64,000 bases of DNA from a virus (IMGVR_UViG_3300043105_000117:15418-79417); one strand, 5' to 3'; counted from the first letter of the stretch, positions 48,473-57,445 are shown. The notes: generated by a model not told the origin, from the sequence alone. A program made the numbers and translations.

Positions 48473-49990
48473 TTAAGCCTCGGTCAATTCCTCGGTTTTC
48501 ACGATTTCGGTCCATGCTTGACGTTCCGTATCCCACTCAAACTCATCAGTCGGAATGTTTTCTTCGAGAGCCTTGACCCATTTTGTTACACCGTTGATTT
48601 CTACGACTACATCTTCGCATTCCGCAATCTCCGGGTCGATTCTCTCACCGGTGAAGAAATCATCAACAAAGCATTCACGTTTCATGCATTCTTCACAGCA
48701 ATAGTAATCGTTACCTCTGACAACTACTTCGTTACCATCGCACAGATACCAATCGCCACAATGACTGCAACAAAAGCAATCATCGAAGTGGTGATATTCA
48801 CCGTCATCTTCGACAAGCACAAAATCTTCAAGGTCATTGACATCACATTCATAGCGTCTGCCATGAACGTAAACCGGACGTGTTTCCGCGCAGTAACATT
48901 CGTGCCAATCATCCCACTCGCCCTCTATAAGAGAACCGCTGGTGGTTGCCAAGTCGTACTCACTGTCACCGTCTTTGTAATTGTACGCACGTTGTCTGTA
49001 ACTGTCGTATCCTTTGAATGAATCTTGATAGCTTACAGGACCGTCGTATAGGTCGTCAACATTGCACCATATAGAGAAATCTCTGTCGCTCCAATCTTCA
49101 CCCGTATTGGATACGAATGCATTTGAATCACTGCAACCCGCGCCAATTTTCTTGTAACCGTCAATGTAACCTCCCGCAATGAGTTTGGTTATCAGGATAC
49201 GTTGAAGCTTCAAATCTGTATCGGTTGAGTACTGACGTTCTGCAAGTCTTACAACCTCATTCGTGTCGTCATCTCTGACTTCCGGAAATATGATGCATCT
49301 TGCAACTATCAAGCCACTCTCATCCTCGATAAGATATGCCGCCTTTGCTATCACGCTATTTGCATAGAATGAATGGTATTCCTTATTAACCATGCATGAA
49401 TGGAAATTACCTTTGAGGTGTGACTGAGTGTAAATCTTCTCGAAATCGTCATAGCCATCGCCTACCACGAGCTCGTATTTGTCTGTATTGCCCGCAGACA
49501 CCCACCTCTCGACAAGTACCTCGACTGAGTATGTTATCAATGGCTTAGGCAATTTATCGCCCGATGTAAACTCCAAACATCTAGTGAAGAACTTTCCGGC
49601 ATTCATTTTGTACACCCTATTTGTTTTCACGTTGATATATCTTATGGAGGTTGCATCACCATCCTCGCATACTCCGTTTAGGTCGTCAAGTTGATATTGG
49701 TTTGACAGCATTGTCCAATCAAGGAGGTCAAAACGGTAACATCTCTCAGCCTTGTCAAACATGAGTGTGTTTTCCGTTACCATCTTGGCAAACCTCATCA
49801 GCCCACTGGCCGTTTTTGGAAATGGTTTTCCATATTTCCGGACCTGACTAAAGAATGTCTTATCTTTCCAACAGGTAAGCACTAGCTTGTTTCTGCGGTT
49901 TTTCTTTACATCCTCTTTGTCACTGTGGTTTTTTACGCAACCAAACACCTCAACGAACTCATTATAGTTCTTAATCGAAAAAAATAACAT
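48473..49990 (-). CDS. large hypothetical protein with C-terminal CxxC repeats
   Basis: FHSCM...ARCIIF...ERQY; CSHC, CCEEC. Confidence 0.7.
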   Translation of the reverse strand: MLFFSIKNYNEFVEVFGCVKNHSDKEDVKKNRRNKLVLTCWKDKTFFSQVRKYGKPFPKTASGLMRFAKMVTENTLMFDKAERCYRFDLLDWTMLSNQYQLDDLNGVCEDGDATSIRYINVKTNRVYKMNAGKFFTRCLEFTSGDKLPKPLITYSVEVLVERWVSAGNTDKYELVVGDGYDDFEKIYTQSHLKGNFHSCMVNKEYHSFYANSVIAKAAYLIEDESGLIVARCIIFPEVRDDDTNEVVRLAERQYSTDTDLKLQRILITKLIAGGYIDGYKKIGAGCSDSNAFVSNTGEDWSDRDFSIWCNVDDLYDGPVSYQDSFKGYDSYRQRAYNYKDGDSEYDLATTSGSLIEGEWDDWHECYCAETRPVYVHGRRYECDVNDLEDFVLVEDDGEYHHFDDCFCCSHCGDWYLCDGNEVVVRGNDYYCCEECMKRECFVDDFFTGERIDPEIAECEDVVVEINGVTKWVKALEENIPTDEFEWDTERQAWTEIVKTEELTEA

Positions 49991-50066
49991 ACTTGTAAAA
50001 TTTTAATTGTTAGTAATATGGTTAATTGTGTGGTTGTGGCCACTATCATGCAACCACAACCTAGAT

Positions 50067-50390
50067 TTACTTTGCCGTTTCTCGATAGTGCAGACAGAAC
50101 GTAACGTCGTCGGGTTTCTTGTGTCTGTAAACCACCGTCCACGCTGTTGTAGCTTTTGTCCTGAATACCTTGTAAACGATATCCATGCAAGCCCCTTCAT
50201 ATAACGGGCGCAATCTGACTACGTTATCCTTTACAACCTCGATAATCACGTCCACCGACTCTATCTTTCCGATATAGTCCCCGGACTCCGTTTTATAGAA
50301 TCGGTCACGACCGTCAATCATATCAAACACCGCGTCGAGGACGAACATCTCGAAAAACCTTAAATTCTCTCTTATTACAAAACTCTTCAT
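50067..50390 (-). CDS. hypothetical protein
   Basis: AAAAGT-ATG leader. Confidence 0.7.
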   Translation of the reverse strand: MKSFVIRENLRFFEMFVLDAVFDMIDGRDRFYKTESGDYIGKIESVDVIIEVVKDNVVRLRPLYEGACMDIVYKVFRTKATTAWTVVYRHKKPDDVTFCLHYRETAK

Positions 50391-50457
50391 ACTTTTGTTA
50401 TTTAGTTAGACAATAGTCAGTGCAGCGGTTATCGTACTCACTGCACCGTTTCACTCT

Positions 50458-50781
50458 TTACGACTGATGCTTGGTCATCTGGTCAAACTCTCTGAACAGT
50501 GACTTTATGTAGTCGTAGAGTCCTAGCTGAATCGCAAGCTTAACTCTTTTGTCACTTTCGTTCACTCCAAGGTCACTCAGTCTGTATTTAAACAGCCGGA
50601 CGGCCTTGTTACCAAGCTCTGAATGTGCAACCTCTTTTAAAGCGATTACATTGCTTGATGAATCAAGCCACTCACGCAAAGCGCGTTCATAGAACTTTAC
50701 GTGCATCTCATTCTTGAAATATTCATCCTCTTTAAAGTAGAAGTAAGCATACCTCTTGACTCTCATGTTATAAATTGCCAT
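50458..50781 (-). CDS. hypothetical protein
   Basis: AAGAGT-ATG leader. Confidence 0.7.
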   Translation of the reverse strand: MAIYNMRVKRYAYFYFKEDEYFKNEMHVKFYERALREWLDSSSNVIALKEVAHSELGNKAVRLFKYRLSDLGVNESDKRVKLAIQLGLYDYIKSLFREFDQMTKHQS

Positions 50782-50849
50782 ACTCTTTTGATTTTAGTGA
50801 TTAATAAACTAGTGGAACGGCCTTGATGCAATCTCGACCGTCCTGAATG

Positions 50850-51323
50850 CTAGACGTAAGGAACTACAACATCGTACATGTCGTAAGCTTCGTCCAGACT
50901 TACACCCGCATCATTCGCAAACCACCGGCAAACTGTTTCCCGGTCATTTTCTCTCTCTGCGTACTCTCGCTCGATTTCCTCAATCTCTTTTTGCTCTTTC
51001 AGCCACCCTTCTATATTACCGTCGTAAACGTCCATGTAGTAAGATGTCCCTAATTCAGAATCGACCGCTTTAAGCATTTCAGCTTTAAAGTAGAAGTAAT
51101 CGTCTGTGTCGTAGTCAAAGTCAATGAACGTAAGCGCAACGTCAATGCGTTCTGCAAGTTCAGTGTATGCAAGCCAATAGCTATCGTTTTTGCGATTTCT
51201 GACTATCTCGATGAGTTCATCAAAAGACACGTACCAAAATAGCTGACTTTGGGATATTGAACCTAATTTGCGCATTTCGCTTTCAGCGTTCACGCACATC
51301 TCTCTTAATTCTTTAAATTCCAT
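50850..51323 (-). CDS. very acidic aromatic-rich protein
   Basis: AAGAGT-ATG leader; D/E/Y-rich. Confidence 0.7.
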   Translation of the reverse strand: MEFKELREMCVNAESEMRKLGSISQSQLFWYVSFDELIEIVRNRKNDSYWLAYTELAERIDVALTFIDFDYDTDDYFYFKAEMLKAVDSELGTSYYMDVYDGNIEGWLKEQKEIEEIEREYAERENDRETVCRWFANDAGVSLDEAYDMYDVVVPYV

Positions 51324-51392
51324 ACTCTTTGTTTTTTAGTGTTATACAATAGTGGCCGTCCGGATTGTCACACCCAAACGGCCTAGTCGCTT

Positions 51393-51626
51393 TCATGTAC
51401 CAAAATAGTACATTTCCTTGAAACCTATCTTCAACATCTTAGGCCTCAATGAAACATATAACGCAGGACTCAACGGCTCAATGATAATGTACCTGTTTGC
51501 GCTTGTGTGGACATTGACAGACCCCGTAAGAGCCTCTAGGATGCAAGCTAGTTGGTAGCTGTCAAACTTCACTGACTTAACGAAAAACGCTTTCATGCCC
51601 GGTAACATTGCTAAAGTGATATCCAC
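51393..51626 (-). CDS. hypothetical protein (start uncertain)
   Basis: Overlaps upstream ORF; lacks module leader. Confidence 0.45.
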   Translation of the reverse strand: MDITLAMLPGMKAFFVKSVKFDSYQLACILEALTGSVNVHTSANRYIIIEPLSPALYVSLRPKMLKIGFKEMYYFGT

Positions 51627-51762
51627 TCAGGAAAGCTCCAACCACAAGCGCGTTTTTGCGTTTTGCTATGCGCGTCCACGTTTCGTTCGTACTCACGTCG
51701 TGATATGTCATTTGCCAACCACCGACGCATTTCGTTAAAGCGACTACATAAATCTCATTCAT
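51577..51762 (-). CDS. hypothetical protein
   Basis: AAGAGT-ATG leader. Confidence 0.6.
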   Translation of the reverse strand: MNEIYVVALTKCVGGWQMTYHDVSTNETWTRIAKRKNALVVGAFLSGYHFSNVTGHESVFR

Positions 51763-51833
51763 ACTCTTTTTTATTTAGTGAAACAATTCGGTTAATTGTC
51801 AGATGGCAGACTATCACGTCCACCACCCGTTTG

Positions 51834-52346
51834 CTACTTCAGATTTGCCTGAATGTAATCTTTGTCACTGTCAGAGAGTCTTATACTGTGCGCAATCTTG
51901 AATCGGATTGACTCGGACGGTGTAAGATGGTCGGTCAGAATATCCTCGCAGAGCTTTGCGTCTACATTGTACATCTTTGAAGCGACGCACTCCAATCTAG
52001 TGGAGTAACTGTTCAGGTCGTCGTATCGCTTTTTGAGTTCATCTCGCTCATTCTCCAAATCGGAAATGTAATTCTCTCGCTCGATGGCTTGCTTTGCGAT
52101 GTCCTGATAGAGTGCAGTGATTTCGTTTTTTGCGTTCTCCGTTTCGGAAAGTTCACTGTTATGGTGTTCAACCAAGTCCTGAATTAACTCCCAAACACAG
52201 CCAAACCCGTTCTGTTTGCTTTCCGTAATCGTTACCCATGCCTTGCAAAATTCGTCCTTATTCATGTTGGTTGAATTGTACAGGCCGTTTGCGAATGCAT
52301 AATCTTCGATTTTGCCGCCTCTTTTGATAAATTCGTCTTGTAACAT
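51834..52346 (-). CDS. hypothetical coiled-coil protein
   Basis: MLQDEF...NMNKDEFCKAW. Confidence 0.7.
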   Translation of the reverse strand: MLQDEFIKRGGKIEDYAFANGLYNSTNMNKDEFCKAWVTITESKQNGFGCVWELIQDLVEHHNSELSETENAKNEITALYQDIAKQAIERENYISDLENERDELKKRYDDLNSYSTRLECVASKMYNVDAKLCEDILTDHLTPSESIRFKIAHSIRLSDSDKDYIQANLK

Positions 52347-52421
52347 ACTTTTTCGATTTTAAATTAGTAATATAGTTATCGTACTCACTCCCGGTATCAC
52401 CCGGAGAGTGAGTTATCGTAC

Positions 52422-52535
52422 TCATTCAAGTACTCGAATTGTCCAACCGTTCAGAACGTAAGGTTTCAAAACATTCACGTCGATATCTACCATAAGTAGT
52501 TCACCGACCTCGCTCAAAATTCCAAATAATCTCAT
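52422..52535 (-). CDS. 37-aa peptide (not in ORF track)
   Basis: AAAAGT-ATG leader; MRLFGILSEVGELLMVDIDVNVLKPYVLNGWTIRVLE. Confidence 0.55.
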   Translation of the reverse strand: MRLFGILSEVGELLMVDIDVNVLKPYVLNGWTIRVLE

Positions 52536-52546
52536 ACTTTTTGTGT

Positions 52547-52672
52547 TTAGTGAATAATTATAGTACTCATGCCGGGTATCACTCCCGGACGTGAGTTATC
52601 GTACTCATTTCCGATTAATGCGAGAAGTACGAACATTCCACCAAAGTGGAAGATGATGTCAAGGTAAAACAT
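52547..52672 (-). CDS. 41-aa hydrophobic peptide (not in ORF track)
   Basis: AGT-ATG leader; MFYLDIIFHFGGMFVLLALIG...; reads through the downstream hairpin. Confidence 0.45.
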   Translation of the reverse strand: MFYLDIIFHFGGMFVLLALIGNEYDNSRPGVIPGMSTIIIH

Positions 52673-52737
52673 ACTCATTCATTTTAAAGTTAGTAATTAG
52701 TCAGTGGTCGAGCGTTCAGGCGCGGCCACCGTTCACC

Positions 52738-52917
52738 TTAGAAGCATTCCATTAGAAGCTCTTCCTTACTGAATTGACTCCAATAAGAGTCCCACTGTGC
52801 GTTCGACACCTCGCGCGTTTCCTGTTCAAGGTCCTCGATGTAATAGTAACCGTACTCATCTTTCAGATAGAAGAACTCACCCTCTGCATCATTGCAGTCT
52901 ACATAAATCTTTTTCAT
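52738..52917 (-). CDS. 59-aa acidic peptide (not in ORF track)
   Basis: AAGAGT-ATG leader; MKKIYVDCNDAEGEFFYLKDEYGYYYIEDLE... Confidence 0.65.
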   Translation of the reverse strand: MKKIYVDCNDAEGEFFYLKDEYGYYYIEDLEQETREVSNAQWDSYWSQFSKEELLMECF

Positions 52918-52985
52918 ACTCTTTTTTATTTAGTGAAACAATTAGTCGAGAAACAGCCGGTCAAGGCCGTTCCTCGTTCGTTTGG

Positions 52986-53270
52986 TCAGAGTGGCTTGAT
53001 TTTGATAATCTCAAAGTCATTCCAGATATGGTCGAGAGTAACCGACTTCACTGTGTGGTTATCGGTTGAATAGTACAGCCCGTCCACGTCGTTTGCAAAG
53101 TTCATTGCATAACATGTACTCTGTTGCTTAGATACGTTCAGTACTGCATGTTTGCACACGTCCTCGCTTTCGTCAAACTCCAGACGTGCACCGCTTACAA
53201 TGAGTGATGCAATTACACCGTTTGCAGATACTGTTACCATGCACTCTTTCTCAATCTTGATAGTTTTCAT
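52986..53270 (-). CDS. hypothetical protein
   Basis: AGAGT-ATG leader. Confidence 0.65.
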   Translation of the reverse strand: MKTIKIEKECMVTVSANGVIASLIVSGARLEFDESEDVCKHAVLNVSKQQSTCYAMNFANDVDGLYYSTDNHTVKSVTLDHIWNDFEIIKIKPL

Positions 53271-53337
53271 ACTCTAAAATTTTAAATGTTATTGAATAAT
53301 GTTAGTTAGTAGTGGTCAATGCACCGTTCAGGGAGCA

Positions 53338-53580
53338 TTAACCGTTGAAACGGACTTTTATACCGCGCTCGTTCAGTTCGTCCGCTGTAAACTGAAAGCG
53401 GTCAATTCGTTCGATAAGCGACTGTTTGAAGTCGTTCATCCGATATCGCAATTCATTCGCATCACCTTTGCCCGCTTTCACGCGTTCATTCAGGGAGCGA
53501 ATATCTTCGTACTTTAGTTGAAGTGATATCAACGCACGCTTACGTGCCGGGATATCAAATACACTCTTTATTCTTTCCAT
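53338..53580 (-). CDS. hypothetical helical protein
   Basis: GAGT-ATG leader; first module of the array. Confidence 0.65.
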   Translation of the reverse strand: MERIKSVFDIPARKRALISLQLKYEDIRSLNERVKAGKGDANELRYRMNDFKQSLIERIDRFQFTADELNERGIKVRFNG

Positions 53581-54361
53581 ACTCGTTCAATTAGTTTATT
53601 CATTCGTTCATTTGTAACCGCGGGCGCGTTCATGCAACCCGCGGCCGTTCATCTACTTTCGTCGCTCACGCGTGAAAGTAGGATAGATTGCAGTTCATTG
53701 GTACAAGTGAATATCTTGCAATATCCATACATGCCTAGCTCCTTTGCTTGCAACCTAGTTAAGTATGTAGGCCCGCGCTCGGGATATCATCTTCACGTTT
53801 CAATCCACGACCCCGGCCGGGCCTATTATCTAATGGAACACCTTACCCGTCCGCGCCAACACTTAGTTATCAATCCTTAGACGTTTTTAGCAGGACCGCG
53901 CCCGCGGTCATTGTGGTACGTGTGGACGATTGAATAGAACCACAGCCACCGCCCGCGCCCCGCTCCCCGTACCACTGTACGTATTATCGCAGCACACGGC
54001 CGACGGAAACCACACCGCCCGACTCTATAGTAAGTCACAGCAGATTTTTAAAGGTATTCTCAATTTCCAACTTTTACAGACCCCCGGCAGCCGGACGACG
54101 ACCACCGACGATACCCCCGGGACACGTCCCGGAGATAAACCCAACCCCTCGCATACAGCGAGTGTACACCGAGCACCCGACCGAACCACCGACCGACCGC
54201 GCGACCGCTTATAAGGACCACCCACCAACTAGGTGCAGCAGACCACGACCACACGACCTTTGCGGCCGCCCCCATGGACGCACCGCGAGAAATCGACGAC
54301 CCCGGACCGGGGACGATATACATGGAATCAAAGAGCGAATAGGCCCGATAGAGGGCCAAAG

Positions 54362-54406
54362 GACCGCGGGCGGGAATCGAGCCCGCCCAATGTTCCAAAC
54401 GCGGTC
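54362..54406 (-). ncRNA. tRNA-top-half-like element 3
   Basis: Minus strand GACCGCG/CGCGGTC stem with GGCGGG-CTCGATT-CCCGCC arm. Confidence 0.4.
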
Positions 54407-54414
54407 AATAGATG

Positions 54415-54975
54415 TTATCCTAGCTTTTTAGACGCCAACAGAACGGCCTCAGCAAAAGAGTGTCCCTCACGCTTGAGCTCCTTTATAAGAGCCTGTAAGT
54501 CCTTGTCTTTTTGTCTAGAGGCCTCACGAGCCGCGCGGGCCGCAGACTTGGAAGCCGCGCGGGCCACAGCCGCGGACACCTTGTCGTCTTGCTGTTTCTT
54601 GGTTTTAATCGACGCGAGGACACCACGGAATCCACGGGGAGCAGGTACAGCTACACCACGCTTCAGGACCGATACGACACCGTCTACTAGGTAGCAGTCA
54701 CGGAGCTGAATCTTTGCGAACCCGGTGACAGCTAGAGCCTCTCGTACAATCTGTTTTTCATCATCGCTGAATGATGAATCCTTTGCTAGAGCCTTATTCA
54801 TCAAATTGATAACACGACAGGGAGAGAGCGCAAGAGAATCGACCGCAGCCCCGGCACGGCGAATAGTATTAGTGGTCATCCACTTTTGCAGTTTAGAGAA
54901 TGTTTCACGACGTGCAGCAAGTCCTGAATCGAACTTTTGCGCGAATTCTGACAGAATGTAATTTGTGTACATCAT
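54415..54975 (-). CDS. basic Ala/Lys-rich protein, first gene of the early transcript
   Basis: Start trimmed to ATG downstream of the promoter. Confidence 0.6.
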   Translation of the reverse strand: MMYTNYILSEFAQKFDSGLAARRETFSKLQKWMTTNTIRRAGAAVDSLALSPCRVINLMNKALAKDSSFSDDEKQIVREALAVTGFAKIQLRDCYLVDGVVSVLKRGVAVPAPRGFRGVLASIKTKKQQDDKVSAAVARAASKSAARAAREASRQKDKDLQALIKELKREGHSFAEAVLLASKKLG

Positions 54976-55019
54976 AATGTTGTAATTGTTAATTGTTAGT
55001 AATGTTGTTAATTGTACCA

Positions 55020-55049
55020 CGAAGATAGGTATTTATTTTGACACCGCAA
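55020..55049 (-). promoter_or_regulatory. putative early promoter
   Basis: TTGC-N18-TATCTTCG on minus strand; AC-rich 5' UTR. Confidence 0.55.
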
Positions 55050-55070
55050 TAATATACAGCAGTATATTAT
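55049..55070. promoter_or_regulatory. palindromic operator candidate
   Basis: ATAATATAC-agca-GTATATTAT perfect 9-bp inverted repeat abutting the -33 box. Confidence 0.45.
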
Positions 55071-55337
55071 ATTTTTTGTTGATATTCAAGCCCCCGCCCC
55101 CCCCCAGAGCACAGCCGGCTAAAAGGCTTTCTTCACCTCTCCTAAAAATTTTTCCCCTCCCCACAACTGTTAAACCGCCCCACATAAAGTATAAACCCCA
55201 TTATCTTTTTATGCATTTTTTCACGTTTGGAAGGTATTTTCAGACTTTAGCCCTCGAAATCGAAAAATTTGTTAATAATTATACATAAAATAAGGGAATT
55301 AACGAAATTTAAGCGCGGTTATATCCCATATAATACC

Positions 55338-55345
55338 TATATTTG
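55338..55345 (+). promoter_or_regulatory. -7 box upstream of helicase gene
   Basis: TATATTTG; -33 box not evident. Confidence 0.35.
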
Positions 55346-55495
55346 CACTGCAAGAAACAACTATAACTAGTTGAAAACTATATCCATTAGGATAAATATG
55401 ATAATTATATATACATAAACATATATTTTTGTAATCTATATATATATAATTTTTGGTATATAAATTATATTGGGGAGTTTTTAAGCGATTGAGAT

Positions 55496-56992
55496 ATGGC
55501 ATACATGAATAATTTCACCTATACGCAGAGATATTCGGAGATAACGGATATGGCTGTACGTGATTTGATATCGGGTATTGACAAGAACGGGATGGAGATA
55601 ATCAACAACATACGTGGATTCTCCGAGAAGTCTGCGGCCTTGTGCCGGTATTTGCGTCAGACGTTCCGCAGTGGTAAGTTCGGCATGTACAAGGGAGAGA
55701 TATATTTCTTTACGGGCAGGATTTACGAGCAGTGCCCCACTTTTGTGTTCCGCGATATTGTCAGCCGTTTCCTTGACGGGCTTGGTGTATCTGCTGCCAT
55801 TATCATGAAGTACGGTGATAACCGGTTCTATCGTGAGGCATATTATGGAGTATGCTATAATGCCTTGCAGCCGTCCTTCCATCTGATGGCATTCCGTAAC
55901 TGTGTTGTGGATATGAGGACACTTAGGAAATATCCCTTTGACCACAGGCTGCATTGTGTATATCTGCATGACTACGACTTTGACATGAACGCGGAGTGCC
56001 CTACCTGGAAACGATTCCTTAAACGTGTGCTGCCGGACAATGCAAGCCGACAGATATTGCAGATGTATCTTAGTCTTGGGCTTGTGGACAGGAACAATAG
56101 TGAGATGAAAGTGGAGAACTGTCTGTGCTGTTACGGGACGGGTTCCAACGGCAAGAGTGTAGTCTTTGAGACTATCTGCGGACTGTTCGGACGTGAGAAC
56201 GTTGGCATGGCCTCACTGGAGAGCATACTCTGCCGCAAGGGAGATGAGTCACTCAGGGCTGCTGCAAGCGTGGACGGCAAGAGATTCCTTTACTGCTCCG
56301 AGGTGGGAAGGAACGTGGATATAGGTGATAACGGAAGCATGTTCAAGAGGTTTGTCAGCGGTGAGCCCATGCAAGGCAGACTCCTTAAACAGAACGAGTA
56401 CACGGTGTATAACATACCGTATTTAGTGATGAACCTGAACAGCAGGGTTACTACATCTGACTGCTCGAACGCAATACTAAGACGATTTATTGAGCTGGAC
56501 TTTCCGGTGACTATCAGCGATGACGAGAAGGACTTGGGGCTTGTGGGTAAGATAGCGGAAGAATATAGCGGAGTGATGGCCTGGCTCGTGAGAGGCATGC
56601 AGAACTTCAAGGCAAGCGGATACAGATTTCCGGAGTCAAAGACTACCCAGCTTAATAAGTTCAAGACCATTGCCAAGAACGATAGTCTGTATGCATGGGT
56701 GCAGCTTAAAAAGATGCGCATCGGTACGGGTAAGTACGAGAAGGGAAACTGGTTCAAGTGCGCCGACCTGTATGCCAATTATATCGAGTTCTGTGAAGAG
56801 AATGCACTGAACGACATGACTATCATGATGTTCGGACGCAGGATGCAGCGCATGGGATTCGAGAGACGCAAGCAGGGAGGAATTGTGTTCTATGTGATAT
56901 ACGGGGATGTGGACCTTAACTATGTCCCTATGGTCAATAAGAAGGACTGCTACGACCTGCCGGCCGTAGAGGTCGTGGAAGAGGTTTACTAA
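55496..56992 (+). CDS. D5/P4-type SF3 helicase (no primase domain)
   Basis: D5_N-like FRNCVVD; Walker A YGTGSNGKS; Walker B FLYCSE; motif C LVMNLN. Confidence 0.85.
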   Translation: MAYMNNFTYTQRYSEITDMAVRDLISGIDKNGMEIINNIRGFSEKSAALCRYLRQTFRSGKFGMYKGEIYFFTGRIYEQCPTFVFRDIVSRFLDGLGVSAAIIMKYGDNRFYREAYYGVCYNALQPSFHLMAFRNCVVDMRTLRKYPFDHRLHCVYLHDYDFDMNAECPTWKRFLKRVLPDNASRQILQMYLSLGLVDRNNSEMKVENCLCCYGTGSNGKSVVFETICGLFGRENVGMASLESILCRKGDESLRAAASVDGKRFLYCSEVGRNVDIGDNGSMFKRFVSGEPMQGRLLKQNEYTVYNIPYLVMNLNSRVTTSDCSNAILRRFIELDFPVTISDDEKDLGLVGKIAEEYSGVMAWLVRGMQNFKASGYRFPESKTTQLNKFKTIAKNDSLYAWVQLKKMRIGTGKYEKGNWFKCADLYANYIEFCEENALNDMTIMMFGRRMQRMGFERRKQGGIVFYVIYGDVDLNYVPMVNKKDCYDLPAVEVVEEVY

Positions 56993-57007
56993 CTAATAAA
57001 TCAGTAT

Positions 57008-57445
57008 ATGGCATTAGCGAAATTAAAAGAAAGGAAGAACTATACAAACTGCAAGGAGTGCGCTTTGTGTGGTGCGAACGGATGCAGTAAGGATTTGAGG
57101 CCTTACCGTATCGGTGTATCTATGGGAAAGGCATTGTACGACTGCCGTTATTTCGTCTATGATGAGAAAAAAGAACAGTCGGATGACGATATAGACAAAC
57201 ATAGTATTATATTTGCAGAGAAATCGGTAACGCTGACAGGGACTGCCGCTGCGGGCGAGGATACCACAAGTGCGGAGACCAATGTGAACAACGAGACGAT
57301 TTCGGACGATTTCAGCGAGGTTAAGACCGAGGACGAGGAAATTATTGCGGAAACTAAAGAAACCGCGGAAACGGCCAGGAAACAGCCTAAAACGGGCAGA
57401 AAAACCGCTGCGGGCAGAAAGAGCAAGACTACAACGAAAAAATAA
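57008..57445 (+). CDS. Cys-motif protein with low-complexity tail
   Basis: CKECALC...C; E/T/K-rich tail. Confidence 0.6.
   Translation: MALAKLKERKNYTNCKECALCGANGCSKDLRPYRIGVSMGKALYDCRYFVYDEKKEQSDDDIDKHSIIFAEKSVTLTGTAAAGEDTTSAETNVNNETISDDFSEVKTEDEEIIAETKETAETARKQPKTGRKTAAGRKSKTTTKK

Larger units (their letters stand above)
38248..53645 (-). repeat. Dispersed array of about 28 intergenic hairpin + AT-rich leader modules
   Basis: Hairpins at 38248, 39581, 40194, 40912, 41252, 41604, 42628, 43765, 44158, 45110, 45628, 45955, 46430, 46655, 46939, 47371, 48437, 50031, 50420, 50812, 51354, 51803, 52384, 52565, 52704, 52950 (weak), 53313, 53619; leaders end in AGT-ATG. Confidence 0.85.

Noticed and set aside
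50003-50200. Minus-strand 65-aa ORF
   Set aside because: Overlaps 50067..50390 and a module hairpin; lacks the AGT-ATG leader.
38248-53645. CRISPR array or canonical integron attC array
   Set aside because: Spacing is gene-sized and irregular, the stems are not identical repeats, no cas genes are present, and the attC RYYYAAC/GTTRRRY boxes are absent.
53632-54694. Plus-strand ORFs in the GC-rich segment
   Set aside because: Pro/Arg/Thr-rich compositional artefacts of high GC; no start context.
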